NCBI GenBank assembly: GCA_965263355.1
Contig: CBDHHL010000032.1
Location: forward strand, 2,336,001 to 2,400,000
Direction of reading: 5' to 3'
Origin: Leptolyngbyaceae cyanobacterium
GTDB lineage: Bacteria > Cyanobacteriota > Cyanobacteriia > Phormidesmidales > Phormidesmidaceae
DNA: 64,000 nt
Position numbers and translations under genes: made by a program. Below the pieces are notes generated by a model, which was given only the letters and a program-made list of their open reading frames with translations, made no database searches and was not told the DNA's origin. This document shows positions 40,013 through 50,896 of this stretch, piece after piece (within the stretch, counting starts at the first letter, position 1; each line of letters begins with the position of its first letter).

Positions 40013-41734
40013 ATGACCGTGGACAATTGCCTTAAATGTGCATCCATTTGTGAGGAAACTATTCTCCAACATTTAGTCTTTCGAGGCTATACCATCGTTG
40101 AGCAGCTCAGTACATGCCAAAATACTGGCACCTATATAGTCAGAGATAATCGAGAATCCGAGGGATTTTACTGCTTAGTACGTGTATTACCGCTAGATAA
40201 TAGTGACGAACCAATTTTAGAATTGGTTCAGCCCACGCCTAATATCTTAGCCGCCGCCCAACTCCTGGGTGGGTTTCAAGTAGACAGCTACAGCTATCTT
40301 ATCCGACAATATATTCCTGGGCAGCCCTTGACCTGGGAAATTCCCAATCGGGTAGGCTGGAAAGAGCCTCAGGTAATTGACTTACTGCGGTCAATTTTGA
40401 AAATCCTGGCACAATGCCATCAGGCAGGAGCTGTCCATGGCAATCTTCACCCCAACAATCTGATCCGTCGACCCGATGGCCAACTAATTTTAACCGATTT
40501 TACCGGTAATCAAGGATATTATCACCAAACATTGAGGCATCATAAAGTCGGCCTCAAAAGCAATATTTTAGGACTCTTAGAACATTCTGCCTACGCAGCT
40601 CCTGAACAATGGCAAGGGTCCCATCAACCCACCAGTGATATTTATGCCCTAGGCATGTTGGGGCTACAGTTTCTCTTGGGTCGTCAGACTTGGACCTCTG
40701 AAGAACAGCTCAATCAGTTGCTCAGCACGTTGCCCTGTCAGCCATTGGTAAGTATGCTTAAGCGCATGGTTAATAGGGTACCCGATCAGCGCTATGTCAA
40801 TGCTCAAATAACATTATTTGCCCTAGATAATATTCAACTCAGCAGCCAATCACGGCAAGCTCCAGTGTTGGTAGAACAACAAAAAACAGAACAACAAAAA
40901 ACGGTTATAAAAGAATCTGTGGCATTCCCGTCCATTGAGTCAGCAACAGACCTGGTCTGTTGCAATCCCATGTCTGCTCATCCAGAGCTGATGGATACAG
41001 AGACTTTAGTTCTAACCTCTCCTATATCACTCCAAAAAGTCTCAGTAGAAGACTTAGCCCAGCCAACAATACTACAGCTGACTAACCCAAGTCCTGTATC
41101 GGCTACTGTTAAAGATGCAACAAAAACATTGCTGTTGGCTCCTGAGTTACCTAAGAAACCACCTGGTTTAAGTGTATCTCGCGTTAAGTGGAGCCCAGCT
41201 GTTTTAGCACTGACTGCAGGGGTAGGTGGTGGCGTTGCTCTCTACCAAAACTGGAGCCATCCTAATCAAGACACAACCCCCGCAAGCAGTATTTCATCTA
41301 CGTCCGGCAAACCTGTGCACAGTAACCAAGACGCCATTCCTATACCTGTACCAGAAGCATCCACAGACTTTGATGTAGGCCCCAATTTTAGTCGGACTCA
41401 AATCGATCATTACTTTACCCAAGCTTATTATCATGCTAAAGCAAGGAACTTTTCCAAGGCTCTAACTTATTTGGAGCAGGTGCCTCAGCAAAACGAACGC
41501 TACCTGGAAGCCCAGGCAAAGATAGCTGAATATAGCAAAAAGCGAGAAATAAAGGCTCAAGTAATATTGAACGAAGCGTATAAATGGGCTGCTGTGGCAA
41601 ACTTTGAACAGGCCTTAATCTACTTGCATCAGATACCTACCCATACAAAAGTCCATCGCACCGCATTAGAAAAGATTTCAGAATATCGTAAAAAACAAGA
41701 GTTACAAGCAGCAAATCTATTAATTCTAGGGTAA
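40013..41734 (+). CDS. Ser/Thr kinase-like membrane protein, degenerate
   Basis: HGNLHPNN, LTDF, YAAPEQ, SDIYALG; one TM segment; C-terminal helical repeats. Confidence 0.75.
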   Translation: MTVDNCLKCASICEETILQHLVFRGYTIVEQLSTCQNTGTYIVRDNRESEGFYCLVRVLPLDNSDEPILELVQPTPNILAAAQLLGGFQVDSYSYLIRQYIPGQPLTWEIPNRVGWKEPQVIDLLRSILKILAQCHQAGAVHGNLHPNNLIRRPDGQLILTDFTGNQGYYHQTLRHHKVGLKSNILGLLEHSAYAAPEQWQGSHQPTSDIYALGMLGLQFLLGRQTWTSEEQLNQLLSTLPCQPLVSMLKRMVNRVPDQRYVNAQITLFALDNIQLSSQSRQAPVLVEQQKTEQQKTVIKESVAFPSIESATDLVCCNPMSAHPELMDTETLVLTSPISLQKVSVEDLAQPTILQLTNPSPVSATVKDATKTLLLAPELPKKPPGLSVSRVKWSPAVLALTAGVGGGVALYQNWSHPNQDTTPASSISSTSGKPVHSNQDAIPIPVPEASTDFDVGPNFSRTQIDHYFTQAYYHAKARNFSKALTYLEQVPQQNERYLEAQAKIAEYSKKREIKAQVILNEAYKWAAVANFEQALIYLHQIPTHTKVHRTALEKISEYRKKQELQAANLLILG

Positions 41735-41750
41735 ATCATATAAACAAGGC

Positions 41751-42677
41751 TTAGTAGCTATGGGTTTGAATCACCATCTGCATCGTTTCCAACAAACTTT
41801 CTGCCGCTGAGCTAAGGGTATATCTGGGATCGGTGGCGAGAACAACCTTATGAGTCAAAGAAATGTCTGATAACTGCTTAACGACCATTGAACCATTTTC
41901 CAGATCCTTTTGCACTTGGGAGAGTGGAAGAAATGCTACACCACAATTAGATAACAAAAATTGATGAAGTGATTGACAACCACTCACTTCAACAGTTTTC
42001 CCTATCTTAATTTGATGAGTACGATATAGTTTCTCAATAATATTACGAATGCCAAAATCAGTCTCTTGGCGAGGAACAATCAGAGCCTGACGGCTCATAT
42101 CATTCCAGGTTAACTCTTTAATTGAAGCTAAAGGGTGAGTTGAGGCGACAACCAACAATAAAGGCTCTTCATACAGCTCTTCAAACTTAAATATTTTGAC
42201 CGGTACCGGTAGCGAAAAAATAGCTAGGTCGATGGTCTGATTTTGCAGACCTCGGACCAGATCATCTGTAGGACACTCGATGATTTCTACACACAAATTA
42301 GGATTCTTTTGATAGGAGAGTTTTAGAATCTCTGACAAATAACGTTGAGTATTGAAACAAGTTAGTCCAAGTGTTACTTTACCAACTAAAGCTTGCGCTG
42401 ATTGAACAGCCAAAGACATGCCTGCTTCAATATTCTGCAATGCAGTGTGGCAATAGGAAATAAATGCTTCACCGGCCTGACTCAAATAGACCTTATTGGA
42501 ACGACGATGCAATAGTTGAATGCCAACAATTCGTTCTAGCCGCTTAACCTGTTGGCTCACTGTCGGCTGAGATAAGTTTAAAGCAGCAGCGGCATCTGTG
42601 AAGCTGCCTCGCTCTGCAACTTCGATAAATGCAATTAATGCAGATGTTTCAAGATGACTGAGCTTAGACCTATCCAT
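41751..42677 (-). CDS. LysR-family transcriptional regulator
   Basis: GSFT.AAAALNLSQPTVSQQVKRLE HTH. Confidence 0.92.
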   Translation of the reverse strand: MDRSKLSHLETSALIAFIEVAERGSFTDAAAALNLSQPTVSQQVKRLERIVGIQLLHRRSNKVYLSQAGEAFISYCHTALQNIEAGMSLAVQSAQALVGKVTLGLTCFNTQRYLSEILKLSYQKNPNLCVEIIECPTDDLVRGLQNQTIDLAIFSLPVPVKIFKFEELYEEPLLLVVASTHPLASIKELTWNDMSRQALIVPRQETDFGIRNIIEKLYRTHQIKIGKTVEVSGCQSLHQFLLSNCGVAFLPLSQVQKDLENGSMVVKQLSDISLTHKVVLATDPRYTLSSAAESLLETMQMVIQTHSY

Positions 42678-42879
42678 TAAACAGCAAGAAATGAACTGAG
42701 ATAATTAACTCCCCTCCAATCCAACAATTAGAAAAGAAAGAATATTAGCTCAAAATAAGGTTAACTCCTCAGGGTAGAAATCAAAATCCAGATACTAGGC
42801 CGCAGGCCACTACTGACTTTTGATACTTGACATTAGATTTTCCATCTAACTAAGAACTATTGACCTAAATTGAGACCCG

Positions 42880-42925
42880 AAAAACAAATCTAAGCAAGAA
42901 CCTAAAAAGTCCTTGCTTAGATTTG
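42880..42925 (-). terminator. Intrinsic terminator after fmdB
   Basis: 14-bp stem caaatctaagcaag/cttgcttagatttg with T-run on the minus strand. Confidence 0.65.
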
Positions 42926-42970
42926 AACTGCTGTACTAAGCAAATAAGGGGATTCAAAGGCAGTCGAATA

Positions 42971-43261
42971 TCACAATCTTTCTGTAGAATGCGCAATCAT
43001 CCAAGGTCTCCCCCCCTGTACACTCTGATTTCTAGGAGAAGAAGGAGCAGACGCTTGACGACGCTGAACTAAACGTGGTTCAGATGTTCCTTTTATCCTT
43101 GAGGTTAAGCTAGTACTATTTAGGCTAATGTTAGGCGCAGTAAAAATGCGCTTAGCAATGACATTACATTGAGGGCAAGGCATGGGGCTGCTAACCTCTG
43201 CCATCTTTCTCCAGGTTTCAAAATCACCACAGTCGAAGCAGGTGTAGTCGTACAAGGGCAT
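42971..43261 (-). CDS. fmdB: FmdB-family zinc-ribbon protein
   Basis: MPLYDYTCxxC...CPxC, GGRPWMIAH; adjacent to fmdA. Confidence 0.85.
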   Translation of the reverse strand: MPLYDYTCFDCGDFETWRKMAEVSSPMPCPQCNVIAKRIFTAPNISLNSTSLTSRIKGTSEPRLVQRRQASAPSSPRNQSVQGGRPWMIAHSTERL

Positions 43262-43273
43262 TTATTATCAACC

Positions 43274-44479
43274 TCAAACAGGTAAAATATCTTTGTCAAA
43301 GATTGCAGTAGGCAACGCTAGGGTACAGCAGGCATTAGGAATATCTACAATGCCACTGACACGCCCTTCTACAGGAGCACAGCTCAATAACAAATAAGCT
43401 TGCTCTCCTGTGTATCCAAACTTTTTCAGATATTCAATGGCATTGAGACAAGCCTGTCTATAGGCAATATGAACATCCATGTAATACTGCTTGCCGGAAA
43501 ACTCATCAACTGAAATCCCTTCAAATACCAGATACTCAGAATATTGAGGTTCAACGGGACCGGGTTTAAAGATTGGATTGATCATGCCATATTTCTCTAC
43601 ACCTCCCTTAATGATGTCCACATGTAGGTCAATGTAGCCAGACATCTCAATGGCACCGCAGAAAGAAATCTCGCCATCACCTTGAGAGAAGTGAATATCT
43701 CCCATAGAAAGCTTAGCTCCCTCCACATAAACAGGGAAATAGATGCGAGTCCCCCTAGAAAGGTTCTTGATATCACAGTTTCCGCCATGCTCTCTGGGAG
43801 GTACTGTGCGTGCAGCTTCAGCAGCTACTCGATCATAGTCAGAGGAAGGTAATTTACCCAAAATAGCGTTGGTTGGGTTAGGTAAAGCAGCTAACACAGG
43901 TTGATCACCTGATAGACCAGCACCGTAGGTACGCAAGTCAGGTGCAGTATTCACCAATTCTGTTTCTCGCTTATTCCACTTCGCCAACAGCTCATGGGAG
44001 GGCGCACAACCAATTAAACCAGGGTGAGTAATTCCAGCAAACTTAACACCGGGAATGTGCCGTGAAGATGTATAGATTCCTTGAAAATCCCATATTGCCT
44101 TAGCAGGTTCAGGATAGTGATCGGTTAAAAAACCACCCCCATTCTTCTTGTCAAAGATACCCGTAAATCCCCATTCATCCCCTTGAAGTGCACCAATATC
44201 AACCAGATCAACAACCAGGATATCTCCAGGTTCAGCTCCATTGACCCAGATTGGTCCGCTTAGAACGTGTACAACTGTTAGATCAACATCTCGAATATCG
44301 TCTGGACTATCATCATTTTTAATCTGACCGTCTGTCCAGTCTTTACACTCAATGCGAAAAACGTCTCCCGGATTTACAGAAACTACTGCAGGAATTTCAG
44401 GATGCCACCGATTATGACCAGGTAACTCTTGCTCCGCCATGGACTTAGTTAGATCCACCTTAAATAGAGTTTCAGGCAC
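43274..44479 (-). CDS. fmdA: Formamidase/acetamidase, FmdA family
   Basis: HNRWHPEIP, DWTDGQI, PPREHGGNCDIK, GDIHFSQGDGEI. Confidence 0.92.
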   Translation of the reverse strand: MPETLFKVDLTKSMAEQELPGHNRWHPEIPAVVSVNPGDVFRIECKDWTDGQIKNDDSPDDIRDVDLTVVHVLSGPIWVNGAEPGDILVVDLVDIGALQGDEWGFTGIFDKKNGGGFLTDHYPEPAKAIWDFQGIYTSSRHIPGVKFAGITHPGLIGCAPSHELLAKWNKRETELVNTAPDLRTYGAGLSGDQPVLAALPNPTNAILGKLPSSDYDRVAAEAARTVPPREHGGNCDIKNLSRGTRIYFPVYVEGAKLSMGDIHFSQGDGEISFCGAIEMSGYIDLHVDIIKGGVEKYGMINPIFKPGPVEPQYSEYLVFEGISVDEFSGKQYYMDVHIAYRQACLNAIEYLKKFGYTGEQAYLLLSCAPVEGRVSGIVDIPNACCTLALPTAIFDKDILPV

Positions 44480-44847
44480 AGTGTTATCTCCTTTACCAGT
44501 TAAGTTGTTTACGTTAAGTCAAATCAGAATCAAATACTCTAAAATATCGGCCATTTATGGTATTTTAGAGGACTTTAAAAACCTTAAATATATCCAAAGC
44601 AAGAACTAAAATTTCTCCACCGGAAAAACTCAGACTCCAAATATAGGTAAGGCTTATCAGGTTCAGAAAACTATCTATGACAAACTGCAGCATCAGAATA
44701 ATCCCTTCTAGTGCCGCTTTCATTGGTAACGTAAGCATGCACCAGACCCAAACCGAAAAAAGAAACTCTCGTAGAGATACAGGCAACTTCAGCCATTGCG
44801 AAACAGCTTGTGAGCCTGTACTTGGGTAAACTATTCATTCGATTGGA

Positions 44848-44889
44848 ATGATAGTTCTATTTAGAGCCAACATATGTAACAACTGCTAC
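44848..44889 (-). promoter_or_regulatory. Canonical NtcA-activated promoter upstream of fmdA
   Basis: GTA-N8-TAC at 44876-44889, then 22 nt, then TATCAT (44853-44848) on the minus strand. Confidence 0.75.
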
Positions 44890-45111
44890 CAGACAAAAAA
44901 ATGCCCGTATAAACACTGAAAACTCCCAAAAACCTAATTTAGCCACAATTAGGGCAGCAGTTTAAGCCGGTACAGTTTAACCTCAAATAGAAAACCAGAA
45001 CTCAAGCATCAAAAAACCGCAAGAAGCTGAATTTAGACACCTAAATTCTGATGATTTCTCCCTTTGAGAAAATGCACCGCCTTGAATCGGCAACTATTTT
45101 AAGCTGGAAAC

Positions 45112-45864
45112 TTAAACAGCTAGATAGCGGTGTAGCAAAGCGTCTGTTAATTGCTCAGTTGCACCTTTTTCAACAATTGCGCCTTTTTCCATGATGAAAA
45201 ACCTTTGAGCAAGTTTACGGGCAAATTCAATTTTCTGCTCTACAACGATAATTGTGATGCCCTTCTCCTGATTAATCCGCTTCAGGGTTTCTTCAATTTC
45301 TTGAACAATAGAAGGCTGAATCCCTTCCGTCGGCTCATCTAGAAGCATAATTTTAGGGTTACACATCACCCCCCGAGCAATGGCAAGCTGCTGTTGCTGA
45401 CCACCACTCAGTAATCCTCCCTGACGGTTTAAATGCTCCTGAAGCATGGGGAAGAAATCAAAAATTTCACTGGGAATGCGATCGCCCTTTTTCCCACTCG
45501 CACTAAATCCCATCTTTAGATTATCCAACACAGATAAATACGGAATGATTTCACGCCCTTGGGGAATATAGGCAATTCCTTTTCTAGCTCGTTTAAACGT
45601 CGGGATTTTAGTGATATCGGTATCATCAAAAACAATGCTTCCCTTTGATAAGGCGTTTAATCCAATGATGCTCCGTAAAAGTGTGGTTTTACCGACTCCA
45701 TTACGACCCAATAGACAAACAATTTCCCCCTGCTTAACGGACATATTCACATCAAACAAGACAGGAGTTTGTCCATATCCAGCCGTAACATTAACCATAT
45801 CGAGTAATGGTTTGGCAACAGTCATTACGTCACTTACTTTAGGCAGCGGCTTTAATTGTTTCAT
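45112..45864 (-). CDS. urtE: Urea/amide ABC transporter ATPase, UrtE-like
   Basis: GRNGVGKT, LSGGQQQQL, LLDEPTEGIQPS. Confidence 0.82.
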   Translation of the reverse strand: MKQLKPLPKVSDVMTVAKPLLDMVNVTAGYGQTPVLFDVNMSVKQGEIVCLLGRNGVGKTTLLRSIIGLNALSKGSIVFDDTDITKIPTFKRARKGIAYIPQGREIIPYLSVLDNLKMGFSASGKKGDRIPSEIFDFFPMLQEHLNRQGGLLSGGQQQQLAIARGVMCNPKIMLLDEPTEGIQPSIVQEIEETLKRINQEKGITIIVVEQKIEFARKLAQRFFIMEKGAIVEKGATEQLTDALLHRYLAV

Positions 45865-46639
45865 GACCTAGATAGACCTCTATCACTTTAGGATTACTTT
45901 GGACTTCTTCTACCGAACCTTCTGCCAAAACCTTGCCTTGGTGCAGTACAACAATTCGTTCAGCAATTTGCTTGACAAATTCCATATCATGTTCGATAAC
46001 TACCACTGAATGAGATTTAGAGATACTTTTAATAATCTCACCAGTCATGTAGGTTTCATCGGCTGTCATACCAGCAGTCGGTTCATCCAACAAAACAATG
46101 GACGGGTCCTGAGCCAACACCATGGCAATTTCAACCCATTGTTTTTGGCCATGGGATAAAGACGAAACCTGGTCAAAAGCCTGATCTACCAAACCTGTTC
46201 TGGATAAAACATCAAAGATTTTACCCTTTTTGGCCTTGGTTAATTTTGCAGTGATTGAGGCCCAGATACCATGGGTGCCTTTGAGGGCCAACAGAATATT
46301 GTCAAAAACGGTTAGTTCGTTGTAGACATTGGGGTTCTGAAATTTGCGTCCAATCCCCATACGGGCAATAACATGGGGGCTATTATTGGTAATATCTTTG
46401 CCATGATAGTAAATATGCCCCGAAAAAACAGGGGATTTACTAACAATGGCATCCAGCAATGTACTTTTCCCTGCGCCATTGGGGCCAATGATGGTAACAA
46501 TTTCACCATCATAAACATCCAGACTAACCCCACTTAGAGCTTTAAAGCCTGAAAAAACAACATTTAAATCTTTGACAGATAAGACTGCTTCCATCTTGGT
46601 ATCCATCTTTGCATCTTTGACAGATAAAACTGCTTCCAT
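45839..46639 (-). CDS. urtD: Urea/amide ABC transporter ATPase, UrtD-like
   Basis: GPNGAGKS, GIGRKFQ, LSHGQKQW. Confidence 0.82.
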   Translation of the reverse strand: MEAVLSVKDAKMDTKMEAVLSVKDLNVVFSGFKALSGVSLDVYDGEIVTIIGPNGAGKSTLLDAIVSKSPVFSGHIYYHGKDITNNSPHVIARMGIGRKFQNPNVYNELTVFDNILLALKGTHGIWASITAKLTKAKKGKIFDVLSRTGLVDQAFDQVSSLSHGQKQWVEIAMVLAQDPSIVLLDEPTAGMTADETYMTGEIIKSISKSHSVVVIEHDMEFVKQIAERIVVLHQGKVLAEGSVEEVQSNPKVIEVYLGHETIKAAA

Positions 46640-46659
46640 GGGAAAATCCTCTCAGTGAG

Positions 46660-47766
46660 CTAATTCTTTACCACATCCGGTGTTTTTAACAGTTTTGGCT
46701 TAGATAGGTTTGCCAAACTAAACTGCTTAGGCAGCAAGCTCATCAATCCATTTGGAATAAATAGCACAACAACCAGCAACAAAATACCTATCACCAACTG
46801 CCAATCTTGAGTCACTTTTTCAGCATAGTTCTGGACCTGTCCCAAAATAATGGCTGCTAGCAGAGGTCCAACCAGAGTGCCTCTACCACCAATCGCTACC
46901 CAAATAACTACCTGAGTACCAAAGGCAACAGCTAGATATACCGGGGAAATAAACTGGTTTAAGGGTACAAATAACCCACCAGCTACGCCTGCCAGGGCAG
47001 CTGATAGGGTCCAGATAAAGATTTTAAACTGAGCCACATCGTAACCAAGAAACGCAATGCGTTTTTCATTCTCATTGATGGACCGCAGAATCAGCCCAAG
47101 GTTAGATTGGGTCAACCACCAGCTCAAAGCCAAAACAAAGACCGTATAGGTCAAAATCATAAAATACAGCCCAACAGGTGGAATCTCAGCTCCAAAAAAG
47201 CTTAACTTGCTAACGTCGGTAATGCCGTTTGTGCCCCCCGTGTAAGCCTGCTGACTGACGAAAAAGGTAGTCAGTGCCGAAGAAATTGCCAGGGTGATAA
47301 TGGTGATATAAACACCGCTAACCTTAGAGCGAAAAATGAAATATCCTATGATATAGGCAAATAATGCAGGCACTGCAACCGTTGCAAACAGGGCAATTGG
47401 AAAATATTTAAGCGGGGCGATAAACCAGGGAAGCGCCTCTAAACCATTCCAAACCATAAAGTCAGGCAGTTCACCTCCATAGGTATTGGAAGCCGCAGAA
47501 AGATTTAGCTTCAGGTAATAGGCTGAAGCATATCCACCTAAGGTAAAGAAAACTCCATGGGCAAAACTTAAAATACCTGTAAATCCCCATACCAGGTCTA
47601 GAGAGATACCTAGCGCACCAAATAACAACAGCTTAGACATTAACGAAAGCTGAAAATCCCCAAACACAAAGGGCAAGATGATAAATATCAGCAGTGCAAT
47701 GCCACTGATGGCAGCTAACTTTGTTGGAAAAGATGACTGTTTATATCCCATGACTGCGTTTGCCAT
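46660..47766 (-). CDS. urtC: Urea/amide ABC permease, UrtC-like
   Basis: LDLVWGFTGILS, LPDFM, TGGTNGIT, VAIGGRGTLVG. Confidence 0.82.
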   Translation of the reverse strand: MANAVMGYKQSSFPTKLAAISGIALLIFIILPFVFGDFQLSLMSKLLLFGALGISLDLVWGFTGILSFAHGVFFTLGGYASAYYLKLNLSAASNTYGGELPDFMVWNGLEALPWFIAPLKYFPIALFATVAVPALFAYIIGYFIFRSKVSGVYITIITLAISSALTTFFVSQQAYTGGTNGITDVSKLSFFGAEIPPVGLYFMILTYTVFVLALSWWLTQSNLGLILRSINENEKRIAFLGYDVAQFKIFIWTLSAALAGVAGGLFVPLNQFISPVYLAVAFGTQVVIWVAIGGRGTLVGPLLAAIILGQVQNYAEKVTQDWQLVIGILLLVVVLFIPNGLMSLLPKQFSLANLSKPKLLKTPDVVKN

Positions 47767-47820
47767 GACCTACCTCCTAATAACTTGTTCAACTAATGTT
47801 TGACTTCTTCTAAAGGGAGG

Positions 47821-48828
47821 CTATGTGCGTTTTTGAATCGAAAACAAGCCTTCAGGTCGATATCGAATTAATACAATCACAGCTGCCAGCACAATTACCC
47901 TGGCGAGGGGATCGTTGAGTATGAAGGCAATTACAGCATTGGCCTCGCCAATCAAAAGAGAACCTGCCAAAACCCCAATTAGCTTGTCGACACCACCTGT
48001 AACCACTACCATCCAAGCATCAACCAGATAATCTTGTCCCATGGGAGGAGCCACCGTTTTGAGGGCAGAAATTACAGCCCCTGCTACACCCGCTAACCCA
48101 CAGCCATAGGCAAAGGTACCCATGTCCACCAGTTTAGTATTTACCCCAAGACATTTAGCCATGTCACGATTCTGGGTCACTGCTCTAATCTGTCGCCCCC
48201 AGGAGGTTTTATAAAACAAATACATGGTTAACCCCAGCAGGACTAATGCCACCGCGATGATAAACATACGGTAGTAAGAAATAGAAATCAGAGCACCACC
48301 AGCATCGTCAGATAACAGTGGCAGGTTGCCAGATAGGTAAGGAGGGGCTTTTACATACTTAAGCTGGGCTGTGAAGATTAACTTGACCACACCCTGCAAA
48401 ACAATACTTAGTCCCCAAGTTGCCAATAACGTTTCTAGAGGATTGCCATAAAGTCGACGAATAATCGTCAATTCCACCACAGCTCCAATAATGGCCGTGA
48501 TCAAAAAGGCAAATGGAATAGTCATGAGCAAATCCATCCCAAAGGCATCTTGCAACACAAAGGTTACATAGGCCCCTAACATAATGAATTCGCCGTGGGC
48601 CAGATTGATAATACGCATGACCCCAAAGGTAATTGCTAGGCCCAAGCCTGTTAGCAGCAAAATACCGACAATACCAATGCCATTGAGGGCTTGGTTAAGT
48701 AGGGTGACAATATCGAATCCGCCAGTTGCAGCTTCAGCTTCTTCCTGGGCTAGCAAAAAGGTAGATAAAAAAACTGAAGATGGATCAAAGGCTAGCATGG
48801 GAAAAATCGTAGGGTAAAAAGAAACCAA
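47821..48828 (-). CDS. urtB: Urea/amide ABC permease, UrtB-like
   Basis: GLAITFGVMRIINLAHGEFIMLGAY, PLETLLATWG. Confidence 0.82.
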   Translation of the reverse strand: MVSFYPTIFPMLAFDPSSVFLSTFLLAQEEAEAATGGFDIVTLLNQALNGIGIVGILLLTGLGLAITFGVMRIINLAHGEFIMLGAYVTFVLQDAFGMDLLMTIPFAFLITAIIGAVVELTIIRRLYGNPLETLLATWGLSIVLQGVVKLIFTAQLKYVKAPPYLSGNLPLLSDDAGGALISISYYRMFIIAVALVLLGLTMYLFYKTSWGRQIRAVTQNRDMAKCLGVNTKLVDMGTFAYGCGLAGVAGAVISALKTVAPPMGQDYLVDAWMVVVTGGVDKLIGVLAGSLLIGEANAVIAFILNDPLARVIVLAAVIVLIRYRPEGLFSIQKRT

Positions 48829-48986
48829 TAAAATTGGAAATTCCGATGGGCGTTGAAAAAATGTGCTAGCTGATAAATCTTGCTTATATCCATAAAGAAA
48901 TTCTCACGGGAAGCACCGAGATGAGAACCCTTAAAGCATAATCAATCAATATCAGCTAGCTGTTTAATTGTGTTGTCCGCCAAAAA

Positions 48987-50345
48987 TCACAAGAAAACTG
49001 GTTCTAGATCCTTACCGGTCTCTTTGGTAGGATCACTCCGATCATCAGGGATTGGATGTTCACACACACGACCTTTATAGAGAGTCTGACTCCAGGCAAT
49101 AGGTTTGACGGCAGCATCTGTAGCAAACACAATCTCAGCCTGACCATCCTCCTTCCATTTACCAATACGGGAATAGAGGTAGGTATGGTAGTTGTCTGGA
49201 TCAATTTTGACCCGACCCTGGGGGGCATTAAATTCCTGGCCTCGAGTTGCTTCTCGAATATTGCCTGGAGTTAGCTCGCCACCATCTTCCAGAATCTTCT
49301 TCATTGCTTGAGCCATAAAGAAGGTTTGAAGATAGGCAGCTTCCATTACCCCATTGGTGACACGCCCTTTACCAAACATAGCCTTAAATTGCTCTACAAA
49401 TGCTTTGTTTTCAGGGGTATCAACCGTCTGGAAGTAGTTAAAACTGGTGTAGTGACCGGTAGAGTATTCAGGTCCCATGGCCTGAATTTCCTCTTCAGTG
49501 GTTGGATAGGCCATGATTGGAATATCGTCAGATGTAATGCCCGCATCCTTAAACTGGCGGTAAAAGGCTGGAATACTGTCACCCACCAGGTTACTTAAGA
49601 CAAAGTCAGGCTTCGCTGCTTTGATTTTATTGATGATGGTAATAAATTCTGTGGTACCCAGAGCTGCATACTCGTCCCCGACAACAGTTCCGCCAGCTTT
49701 CTCTAGCTCAGCCTTAGCAATTCGATTACTTTCCTTGGGATAGATGTAGTCGGAGCCAATGAAGAAACCTTTGGGACCAAAGTTATCGTAGCAGTAAGGG
49801 ATGGAGTCTGTAATCTGCTGGTTCGGAGCTGCGCCAGTGTAAAAGACGTTTGAGCTGCATTCATTCCCTTCGTAATAAACAGGGTAATAAAGAATGGCAT
49901 CTTTTTCCTCGAAGACAGGAAGCACCGATTTACGACTAGCTGAGGTATAGCATCCAAGGACACAAACCACTTTATCTTCATCAATCAGTCGCTTTGACAT
50001 CTGGTTGTAAAGATCCCAGTTAGAGTCAGGATTAACAACCACCTTTTCTATCTTTCTACCAGCAATACCTTCGCCATTAGCTTCCCATGGCCCGGTACCG
50101 GTGTTGATCTGCTCAATTGCCAAAAATGTTGCATCCTGTAGGGACTTTTCAACAATGGCAATAGTTCCTGTAGTGGAGTACATCACACCCACTTTAATGG
50201 GATTTTCGCCCAGGTCGGCCGATTCAGACGGCCCACTACCTCCACCAGTACATGCAGCAACAATGCTGCTACCCACAGCCAGAGAACCGTACTGAATAAA
50301 TTTTCGACGATTCAGACTTGTATCAGAAACGTGGGGCTTTGCCAT
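48987..50345 (-). CDS. Urea/short-chain amide ABC substrate-binding lipoprotein, UrtA/AmiC-like
   Basis: Tat signal RRKFI...AAC; TSASRKSVLPV, YPVYYEGNE, GAAPNQQ, GSDYIYP. Confidence 0.85.
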   Translation of the reverse strand: MAKPHVSDTSLNRRKFIQYGSLAVGSSIVAACTGGGSGPSESADLGENPIKVGVMYSTTGTIAIVEKSLQDATFLAIEQINTGTGPWEANGEGIAGRKIEKVVVNPDSNWDLYNQMSKRLIDEDKVVCVLGCYTSASRKSVLPVFEEKDAILYYPVYYEGNECSSNVFYTGAAPNQQITDSIPYCYDNFGPKGFFIGSDYIYPKESNRIAKAELEKAGGTVVGDEYAALGTTEFITIINKIKAAKPDFVLSNLVGDSIPAFYRQFKDAGITSDDIPIMAYPTTEEEIQAMGPEYSTGHYTSFNYFQTVDTPENKAFVEQFKAMFGKGRVTNGVMEAAYLQTFFMAQAMKKILEDGGELTPGNIREATRGQEFNAPQGRVKIDPDNYHTYLYSRIGKWKEDGQAEIVFATDAAVKPIAWSQTLYKGRVCEHPIPDDRSDPTKETGKDLEPVFL

Positions 50346-50650
50346 AACTCTTATCTACCTAAATCACAAGTTCAAACAAGGAAAACAGAAGCATCGATCT
50401 GCGCTCGTCCATTTAATTCACTGGAAGACTTCCTTAAAAATCAAAGAAGGAAACAGAACATTAGATTTAGATTATCCAGAGGACGCGATCTTGATCGACG
50501 CGGAACAACAGGCACAGGAATAATCTCAGGGAGCCTACACTCTTCCTACTGCAAACACCGTAAGAAATATTAAATAAAATCAATAACTTCCTACAAGAAA
50601 TCACAGAAAAATAGGGATTCTACCTTGACCTGTATCTTCTTATCTTTAAG

Positions 50651-50691
50651 AGCATAGAGCAGTCTCGTATGACTTTTGTTGCTTTGGATAC
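50651..50691 (-). promoter_or_regulatory. NtcA-type promoter for the ABC operon
   Basis: Minus strand GTA-N8-AAC (50691-50678), 21 nt, TATGCT. Confidence 0.5.
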
Positions 50692-50896
50692 GAAAAGGTC
50701 TCCTTAGAAAGAAAATGTCATGATTCCTTGTCATTCAACACCTTTTCCAAGTCTTCTCTATCAAGCATAGATTTAACGGCGGCTCCAAAATAATACTATC
50801 AAACCTAATAGCACTAGTTTTTTGGGGCCTTTTTTCAAAGAGGAAGCAAAGAGTATTATTGCGTTTACCAATGCCGCTATTGCTTGTCACAATAGT

